From a bacterium (GTDB lineage Bacteria > Bacillota > Clostridia > UBA1381), in assembly GCA_030536655.1 (NCBI GenBank), contig JAUNPN010000001.1:20559-84558 (forward strand): a DNA stretch of 64,000 nt, read 5' to 3'. Both the position numbers and the translations under genes were made by a program. Shown in pieces: positions 1 to 6,511 of the stretch. Under the pieces are notes generated by a model that ran no database searches, was not told the DNA's origin, and was given only the letters and a program-made list of their open reading frames with translations. How positions within the stretch are numbered: position 1 is the first letter of the stretch; each line of letters begins with the position of its first letter.

Positions 1-1121
1 GGATTTTCCTTGCTCATCTCCTCGCGTAGTGCCTTAAGAGCCGCATAGTTATCCTTGCTGCCGTCTTTGTTAAGCTCCTTGCCAGAGTGATCCTCACCCG
101 ACCATACTGTTACTTCGCTGAGTGAAACTGTATCGCTTAAAATGCCGCCCCAGATATTCGCGCCGATACGTCCGTTTCCGAGCGGAAGTGATTCAGCCCA
201 TTTTGCAGCCGGCTGACGGTACCACATTGTCATCGCCTTATCAGGCGCAAGTGCCTCACCCATAAATTCCAACTTTGTCCACGGTGCGGCGGTTATTGCG
301 CCAAGCACAATACCTCCGTACCAGTTTCCTCCCTTATTTTCAATTTTCATCTTTCCAAGCTTAAAGCCCGATGCCTTCTGCGCGCTTCCCGGAAAACCCG
401 ATGTACTCATCGGAATCCACTCTCCGTGCGAGCCGGCTGTTATTATTTTGCCGTTCATTCTGAGCTGATATGTATTGTTTTCCGTATTAAAATATATCTC
501 AATATCCTTAGAAAGCTTAAATACATTGTCACGACCTCTTGCCAGCTCATAACGTATGTTTTCGTTTTCCTCATCATTTAAGGCAATAAGATTTAAGGTT
601 ATATCATCCTTACCGTTGTCTTTGGTATACGCTTCAAGTCCAAGGACCCCGTTTCCGTCCTGATCCTCAACCACAAGCGTGTTCGTGCTTCCGTTCCAGA
701 AACCGCCGTAGTCAGCGTCCATTACCATTTTAAACGCCAGTACGGAATTTCCCTCCGCTGTTGCGGCAAACTCATCATAGCCCTTCTGTACAGCTGATTC
801 TGCCAGATCAAGCGTGAAATTATTGTTGCCTCCCCATTCTACATTTGCAAAGCGCATTGCATTGGAGCCCGTACCGAAGCCGTTTCCTATATCGATCGCA
901 TACTGACCGGGGCTCTCAAACGAAAAGCCGTACTGTCCGTTAAGAATACGGTCTTTAATGTCGCTCGCCTCGAAATCTTCCGAGTAAACAACCGCACCGA
1001 CTGACGGTTCGAAGCTTGCATTTCCCGAATCCGTTTCTGCAGCGGAAACATAAACTGCACCCGGCACCGCGCTCATCAAAATTGCCGATGAACACAACGC
1101 AGCTACAATTCTCTTTAGCAT
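1..1121 (-). CDS. Secreted GH95-like glycoside hydrolase, N-terminal 373 codons only (continues past window start)
   Basis: Hand translation of the minus strand from ATG at 1121 (GGAGG 8 nt upstream). It gives a signal peptide (MLKRIVAALCSSAILMSAVPGAVYVSAAE), a ~230-aa beta-sandwich module, then MWYRQPAAKWAESLPLGNGRIGANIWGG...VTVWSGE, the GH95 N-terminal signature. It is not in the ORF track because no stop lies in the window. Confidence 0.8.
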   Translation of the reverse strand, partial: MLKRIVAALCSSAILMSAVPGAVYVSAAETDSGNASFEPSVGAVVYSEDFEASDIKDRILNGQYGFSFESPGQYAIDIGNGFGTGSNAMRFANVEWGGNNNFTLDLAESAVQKGYDEFAATAEGNSVLAFKMVMDADYGGFWNGSTNTLVVEDQDGNGVLGLEAYTKDNGKDDITLNLIALNDEENENIRYELARGRDNVFKLSKDIEIYFNTENNTYQLRMNGKIITAGSHGEWIPMSTSGFPGSAQKASGFKLGKMKIENKGGNWYGGIVLGAITAAPWTKLEFMGEALAPDKAMTMWYRQPAAKWAESLPLGNGRIGANIWGGILSDTVSLSEVTVWSGEDHSGKELNKDGSKDNYAALKALREEMSKEN

Positions 1122-1253
1122 AATAACTGCCTCCTTTTTTAATTATATTTCATTATCAATTATACGTCCTCCTCCGCTAAAAGTATAGATAGAAAAACTT
1201 ATTTGAACAATGAATAATTTAATCCCAGCACCGAAAACGGCATATCTAAGCGC

Positions 1254-1283
1254 AAAAACCGCCCGCTCATCGAGCGGACGGTC
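1254..1283 (-). terminator. Rho-independent terminator of the split hydrolase gene
   Basis: Minus-strand hairpin CCGTCCGCTC-GAT-GAGCGGGCGG (one G.U pair) followed by TTTTT. It sits ~50 nt downstream of the stop at 1332. Confidence 0.7.
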
Positions 1284-1331
1284 TTTGTATTGCAATTTAA
1301 AAGAAAGAGAGAACTGATTCACAAGCTGCTT

Positions 1332-1519
1332 TTAAAGAGCTGATTCATAAGGTGTTTCAAGAACGGGTTTCATACTGTCCCTCCAGATAAATACTTTAAC
1401 CGACAAGTTTTCCTTATTCTCCGGCATGGTAAAGCTGTCCTGTACGGTAAACAATGACTCCTCATCAAATTCAGGCTCATTAAATGTCTTGACGGACTCA
1501 AGTGCTCCGCCATTGTACA
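1332..1519 (-). pseudogene. 3' remnant (61 codons) of the ICE-disrupted giant glycoside hydrolase gene; partner is 47987-54014
   Basis: YNGGALESVKTFNEPEF...KVFIWRDSMKPVLETPYESAL matches the end of the C-terminal module of the 1874-aa and 2301-aa enzymes. The 23 codons upstream in ORF 1332-1586 are ICE-end sequence. There is no credible own start. Confidence 0.85.
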
Positions 1520-1543
1520 TTACGAATGTTCTTACAGAACCTG
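1494..1543. other. attL (host arm 1494-1517, crossover CA/TG 1518-1519, element arm 1520-1543)
   Basis: The element arm ttacgaatgttcttacagaacctg is an inverted copy (19/24) of the element arm at 47961-47984. Both lie at equal distance from a shared dinucleotide. Confidence 0.8.
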
Positions 1544-1571
1544 AACGGTTTTGTAAGAACATTCGTTTTTT
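1523..1571 (+). terminator. Perfect 14-bp hairpin plus T6 at the ICE left end; overlaps the attL element arm
   Basis: cgaatgttcttaca - 15 nt loop - tgtaagaacattcg followed by tttttt on the + strand. It lies directly between the recombinase stop (1574) and the junction. Confidence 0.5.
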
Positions 1572-1573
1572 AT

Positions 1574-3277
1574 TTATCCCGCACACGCCGCATAGTGAAT
1601 GTCTACACCCTGCCTTGTGTGTACTGACACATTATTTTCAGGTAATTTGTCAATATTCGGAATTTCAATACTTCCTATACAGTTATAATGAATTTTTAAG
1701 CGTTGTATTCGTTTACCGTCTATTTCCTCTGCCTGATATACCTCTATTTTCTCTATAAGCTCATTAAGCATTTTGGGCGTCAGCTTTCTTGCTCTTGTAT
1801 ATTTCCTAACAGATGTCATAAACATATCGGTTGAAACAGATTTGTTTGTATCTTTGTCGAGTTCGTCCTGTAACTCTTTTATACGGATATTGAGTTCTTT
1901 TTGTTCTGCGTCATATTTAACAGATAATTTTGAAAATCGTTCATCAGATATTTTCCCTGAAACATTATCCTCATAAATCTTTTCAAAAAGCACATCAAGC
2001 TCTTTATCGCGGGAAGTCAAAGAATTTAATTCTTTCTGCTTCATACGTCGTTCCTGTTCCGCCGTCTGTATGGAATGTCCCATAACTATTTGAGCAAATT
2101 CGGTTTCATATTGTGTCGCAAACTTTGTCAGACGTCTAATCTCGCCAAGTACAACCCGTTCTAAGAAGTCAACGCGGATATAATGCGTTGACGAACAAAT
2201 TTTCCTGTCGCCTTTGTTATATCCCGAACAGTTGAAATATTGTATGTCGTGATTTTTTTGATTGAAGTGATACCATAGATTGCTACCGCAATCAGCGCAT
2301 ACAAGCAACCCAGAAAACATATTCTTTTCGCCGTCTGCCTTTTTACGTTTTCTCGTCTTGCCGCGTTTACTCTGTATCTTTTCCCAAACAGCCCGCTCAA
2401 TAATAGGCTCGTGAACATCTTTAAAAACTGCTTGATTTTCTTTATCGTTAGCAAATCTTTTTTTGTTCTTATATGACTTTGAATAGGTTTTGAAATTGAT
2501 AACATCACCGCAATACTCTTGTAAATCAAGAATATATATAACCGTTGAACTATTCCATAAATACGGGTATTCCGGATTTTTCTTTCCCGGTCTGTTAATA
2601 CCCTTGCTCGCCCAATAGTTTATCGGTGTCATTATTTTATCCTTTTCCAATGTTTCAGCAATTTGCTCTGTGCCTATACCGTTCATAGTCATATTGAATA
2701 TACGGCGTACAACCGCTGCTGCTTCTTCGTCAATAATCCAAAACTTAGGATTATCAGGATTTCTCATATAGCCATACGGCGGAGCTCCCAACGGCTCACC
2801 CGAATTTCCTTTTATCTTATAACTGATACGGCGCTTTTTTGAAATATCACGCGCATACCATTCATTAAAAAGATTTTTTATCGGCGCAAGCTCATTTTCG
2901 CCCTCTTGCGTGTCTATATTATCTGAAACAGCAACAAGTCGTATATCGTGGTCTGGAAAAAATTCTTCCGTCAATTTGCCAACCTCAATATAATTACGTC
3001 CTAATCTTGAAAGGTCTTTTACAAATACGGCTGAAATTTTATTGTTTTCTATTGCTTCAATCATAGCTTTATATCCGGGACGTTCCATTGTAACGCCCGA
3101 AATACCGTCGTCGCAGAATATCAATAAATTTGTATAGCCTTTTTCCTTTGCGATTTTAGTTAGCAGCTTTTTTTGATTGACAATGCTGTAACTGTCGCCC
3201 TCTAAGTTATCATCACGGCTTAAACGAACATATAAAGCCGCTGTTATTTCTTTTTGTTTGTTATTTGACCGTTTCAT
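1574..3277 (-). CDS. Large serine recombinase (ICE integrase/excisionase)
   Basis: 567 aa. N-terminal resolvase catalytic domain (AALYVRLSRDD...VNQKKLL...DDGISG), then a recombinase domain and a Cys-rich zinc-ribbon region (CADCGSNLWY...CSGY). Its position at the element terminus is typical. Confidence 0.92.
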   Translation of the reverse strand: MKRSNNKQKEITAALYVRLSRDDNLEGDSYSIVNQKKLLTKIAKEKGYTNLLIFCDDGISGVTMERPGYKAMIEAIENNKISAVFVKDLSRLGRNYIEVGKLTEEFFPDHDIRLVAVSDNIDTQEGENELAPIKNLFNEWYARDISKKRRISYKIKGNSGEPLGAPPYGYMRNPDNPKFWIIDEEAAAVVRRIFNMTMNGIGTEQIAETLEKDKIMTPINYWASKGINRPGKKNPEYPYLWNSSTVIYILDLQEYCGDVINFKTYSKSYKNKKRFANDKENQAVFKDVHEPIIERAVWEKIQSKRGKTRKRKKADGEKNMFSGLLVCADCGSNLWYHFNQKNHDIQYFNCSGYNKGDRKICSSTHYIRVDFLERVVLGEIRRLTKFATQYETEFAQIVMGHSIQTAEQERRMKQKELNSLTSRDKELDVLFEKIYEDNVSGKISDERFSKLSVKYDAEQKELNIRIKELQDELDKDTNKSVSTDMFMTSVRKYTRARKLTPKMLNELIEKIEVYQAEEIDGKRIQRLKIHYNCIGSIEIPNIDKLPENNVSVHTRQGVDIHYAACAG

Positions 3278-3364
3278 AAGTCCTCCTTTCAGACAGTCAA
3301 ATAAACAGTATTACATTTATATTATACCGCGCTTTTAACCGTCTGTCAGCCTGTTTTAAAAATT

Positions 3365-3541
3365 TTATTCGCTTGATGTCATAAGCCGTAATAAAACAGA
3401 GCCTAATGTTTCGGAAGATTTCTCTTTAAATATCGGTTGTACAACAAATGAGGTTCCATTGACTTGATATGTAATTTCAGCGTCAAGTGATTTATCATTA
3501 CAATTATTTTTGTGTTTTGGATTTTGAGTAGTGTAATTCAT
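3365..3541 (-). CDS. TnpW-like small transposon protein (58 aa, below ORF-track cutoff)
   Basis: Hand translation: MNYTTQNPKHKNNCNDKSLDAEITYQVNGTSFVVQPIFKEKSSETLGSVLLRLMTSSE. GGAGG lies 10 nt upstream of the ATG. The pattern (T-Y-x-V...F...SETL...L-x-RL) matches the TnpW family found beside serine recombinases in clostridial transposons. Confidence 0.6.
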   Translation of the reverse strand: MNYTTQNPKHKNNCNDKSLDAEITYQVNGTSFVVQPIFKEKSSETLGSVLLRLMTSSE

Positions 3542-4033
3542 AAAAAATTAACCTCCATAAAAATTTATGTTAAATCCACCACCTAATAAACCCACCTACC
3601 GAGAGTAATAACTCAATCAAAAATCATCTGACTGTCGGCGGCTGCCGACATCACGACAAGTTAAATCCAGCTCATTCCTATGACCTGCCGCCCAATGCGG
3701 TGAAACGTTCAAGGCGGGGGTATTACAATATATCGGTATTTATATCAGCATATACAAGCCGTTATACGCCTATCAGAAATGTTTGTCGCTCGGATATACA
3801 GGCTGTTTTAATCTTGCAGCGTACTTTTATTGTACGGTAGAAGCTATATATCGTCTTGGCGCATTACTGAAAAATACGGATTTAAAGTAAAGTATCAGAT
3901 GATTTATATTCAGTTGTCAAAGAACAAAGGGGATTTTAGCCCATATAAGCGCATTAAGGGAATAATGCGTTTATATCGGATAAAACCCGTATAAGGGGCG
4001 CGGAAAGGACTGCACGCCCCAACGGTCAATCAA

Positions 4034-4273
4034 TTAGTAGCGAATTACAAAATTATTCACAATTCCCAAAACTAACTTTGCTTCAAGTCTTGATATAACA
4101 TCTTCATCAACATAATAATGTTTTTTGCCCCACTCGTCCTCATATACCCTTGTAGCCAAAGTCTTTATGTAGCTATGAAAATGTGATAGAATAAACTGTA
4201 AAGCGTATGATTTACCCTTGACAGCGTCCTCAATAATAGACAATGGAATGTCCTCAATTTTCTTCTTGCTCAT
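4034..4273 (-). CDS. Tn916 Orf8-like helix-turn-helix protein (HTH_16 type)
   Basis: 79 aa. IPLSIIEDAVKGKSYALQFILSHFHSYIKTLATR...VDEDVISRLEAKLVLGIV matches the conjugative-transposon HTH family that pairs with the Orf7-like sigma factor. Its start overlaps the end of the upstream gene. Confidence 0.75.
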   Translation of the reverse strand: MSKKKIEDIPLSIIEDAVKGKSYALQFILSHFHSYIKTLATRVYEDEWGKKHYYVDEDVISRLEAKLVLGIVNNFVIRY

Positions 4274-4694
4274 AGTGAAAATCCTCCTTTTGCAGCAGAT
4301 TACATAATAGTTTTAATGCCTGCTTACGCCTTTTAAAAACTGTTTGTTGAATTAGATTTAATCGTCTGCCGATTTCTATATCGCTCATTCCAATAAAGTA
4401 CGATAGAATAATAACATCTTGTTTATTCTTTGGTAGCTGACGAATAGCTTTCGCTAATCGGTTATCCGTAATTATAATGGTCTTACCATTTATATAAAAT
4501 GCGTTTTCGCCCTTAAAGTAATTATCATATATACCTATATCGCCTATATCATCAAGCGGAAAAATAGTAATGTCTTTTTTATATTTCTGTCCTCTGTTTT
4601 GCTCTCGGTAAACATCACATATTTCGTTTTTTAGTAAACGAGTGCAAAATTTACAGAATTGATTTAAAATACGTTTATCATTTTCAGCGTTCAT
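4254..4694 (-). CDS. Sigma-70 family RNA polymerase sigma factor (Tn916 Orf7-like)
   Basis: 146 aa. Region-4 HTH: LPKNKQDVIILSYFIGMSDIEIGRRLNLIQQTVFKRRKQALKLL. AGGAGG RBS. Confidence 0.8.
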   Translation of the reverse strand: MNAENDKRILNQFCKFCTRLLKNEICDVYREQNRGQKYKKDITIFPLDDIGDIGIYDNYFKGENAFYINGKTIIITDNRLAKAIRQLPKNKQDVIILSYFIGMSDIEIGRRLNLIQQTVFKRRKQALKLLCNLLQKEDFHYEQEEN

Positions 4695-4730
4695 AAGACA
4701 ACCTCCTTTTGTGATTGAAAGTTGTTGTCC

Positions 4731-4781
4731 TTATTTACCCCTCTATAAATGTTTAACGGAAAAAATTTTTGAAAAACAACC
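4731..4781 (-). promoter_or_regulatory. Conserved ~50-nt upstream element, copy A (upstream of sigma operon)
   Basis: GGTTGTTTTTCAAAAATTTTTTCCGTTAAACATTTATAGAGGGGTAAATAA (minus orientation) is near-identical to 16299-16349 on the + strand. It ends ~40 nt before the sigma start codon. Confidence 0.55.
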
Positions 4782-5242
4782 ATTTTTTGGTAAATGTTAA
4801 AATTTTTTTTATTTTGTTTCATATCTGATAACCTCCAATTTTGAATTTGCGTTTTTCAAAATCGGGATTATGGATAGCGAATAGGGGGCTTGTCCCATTC
4901 GTGTTCTATAAAAAAACATATATGTGTATGATAAGAGTAAATAACAGAAATTTTGCAGACGAGATAAAAAAATTTTTGCCTATTCTTAATATATCCCGTA
5001 GAAACACCAAAAAGCGTAATACTATGTGTCAAAAAACCACACAATATTACGCTTTCTCTGTTAGGTACTGTTAAACTGTCATTTTTCGCATTGATAGGTG
5101 CAAAAGTGGAATATGGTTTATATATTTTTTTGATAAATAAAGTTTTCTATCAGACCTGTAAATAGGTTTATTGTTTTTTATTCCACTCATATCTCCTGTA
5201 CATTAGTAAATTATTTGTGAGTATTTACCATTATCAAACTAA

Positions 5243-6469
5243 TCAATTATATAAATGACTCGGCAGACCGTCTACCATAATAGGCGACAATTCGGCTTGT
5301 ATCAGCGGACGCGCGTATGACAAAAATTCAGGCGACACATATGTACCATTATCTGTTATCCATTCCAAAGGCACTTTTTTCTCAATGTTTGCAATTTTGT
5401 TAATATCAAACGGTTGCGTGGTACACTGATACGGATTGTTTGTAACGCGGTTAAATATAATCATTTTGCCTGTTTCACCTCTGAACGACGCTTCAACCGC
5501 GTGTCCGCCTGCAACAAAGGCTTCTGTTATATCTACTCTTGAAACCATATGCGAGCCGCAGCGTTGGAGAATATTCAAATCTATTGCGCGCGATTTGCAG
5601 CCAAATTCTTGTGTTATTGTATTTGACAGGAATTGTGCCGTGCCGCCTAATGCGACGTGTCCGAAAGAGTCTTTAAATTGTGATTGACTTGATATAAGTT
5701 CGCAGACATATCTACCGTCTTTTAACTTTATACCCTCAGAAACCGCAACAACTATTGACTTTTTATTTTTTCTTAAATTTTCTATGCTTGAAAGGAAACT
5801 GTCAACATCAAATACTTTTTCAGGCAGATATATCAAATCAGGACCGATACAATCCTCGCCCTTGCTAAGTGCAGCCGAAGCTGTAAGCCAGCCTGCGTTT
5901 CTTCCCATAATCTCTACAATATGTATATTTTGATTTCCATACACATTTGCGTCCTTGATTATTTCTTTCATAACCGTTGCGATAAATTTTGCTGCGCTTC
6001 CGTAACCGGGAGTATGGTCTGTTTCGGCAAGGTCATTATCAATAGTTTTTGGTACACCCATAAATCTTATGCTGCTGTTTATCTTTTCTCCGTAATGAGA
6101 TAGTTTTTTAATGGTATCCATTGAGTCATTTCCGCCGATGTAGAAAAAGTGTTCAATTTCAAGGTCATTAAGCATTTTAAAGATTTTTATGTATATTTCT
6201 TCATTTTCCTCTATTTCAGGTAGTTTGTATCGGCAAGAGCCGAGATATGCCGATGGAGTTCTTTTAAGTAATTCAATATGCAAGTCTGTCTGAATATGCT
6301 CCGACAAATCTACATATCGTCCTTCAAGAAATCCCGCAATTCCATTCTGCATACCGAATACTTTATTTGCGCCCCTGTCGCGTGCGGTTTTAAATACTCC
6401 TGCAAGACTTGAATTGATAACGGCGGTTGGTCCGCCTGACTGACCTACAATAACATTTCCGTGTTTCAT
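5243..6469 (-). CDS. 6-phosphofructokinase, probably pyrophosphate-dependent type
   Basis: 408 aa. GQSGGPTAVINSSLAGV, IGGNDSMDT and VPKTIDNDL motifs. The Asp and Lys at the positions of E. coli PfkA Gly104 and Gly124 are the PPi-PFK signature. Confidence 0.85.
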   Translation of the reverse strand: MKHGNVIVGQSGGPTAVINSSLAGVFKTARDRGANKVFGMQNGIAGFLEGRYVDLSEHIQTDLHIELLKRTPSAYLGSCRYKLPEIEENEEIYIKIFKMLNDLEIEHFFYIGGNDSMDTIKKLSHYGEKINSSIRFMGVPKTIDNDLAETDHTPGYGSAAKFIATVMKEIIKDANVYGNQNIHIVEIMGRNAGWLTASAALSKGEDCIGPDLIYLPEKVFDVDSFLSSIENLRKNKKSIVVAVSEGIKLKDGRYVCELISSQSQFKDSFGHVALGGTAQFLSNTITQEFGCKSRAIDLNILQRCGSHMVSRVDITEAFVAGGHAVEASFRGETGKMIIFNRVTNNPYQCTTQPFDINKIANIEKKVPLEWITDNGTYVSPEFLSYARPLIQAELSPIMVDGLPSHLYN

Positions 6470-6511
6470 TTTTTTGTTTCCTTTCTTACAATAGATGTTA
6501 TTACTTTAATT

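Noticed and set aside
1510-1524. Alternative crossover within the shared GTAC tetranucleotide at both junctions (4-bp identity instead of TG)
   Set aside because: Joining through GTAC gives GCA CTG GTA CAA TGG CGG AGC ACT TGA. That is a frameshift and an early stop, which loses the 61-codon paralogue-matching tail. It also moves the core off the exact centre of the 24/24-nt inverted arms. The TG alignment is in frame and centred.
1426-1758. 110-aa + strand ORF spanning the ICE left junction
   Set aside because: It is antisense to the gene remnant and the recombinase 3' end. It crosses the att site and has no RBS.
4691-4822. 43-codon ORF (MKQNKKNFNIYQKMVVF...) with a strong GGAGG RBS upstream of the sigma gene
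   Set aside because: It lies across the conserved ~50-nt upstream element, and the second copy of that element (16299-16349) has no equivalent ORF. The similarity is therefore more likely at the DNA (regulatory) level than coding.
5106-5188. 9-bp inverted repeat AGTGGAATA / TATTCCACT downstream of the PFK gene
   Set aside because: The 65-nt loop and short stem make it too weak to call a terminator or a site.
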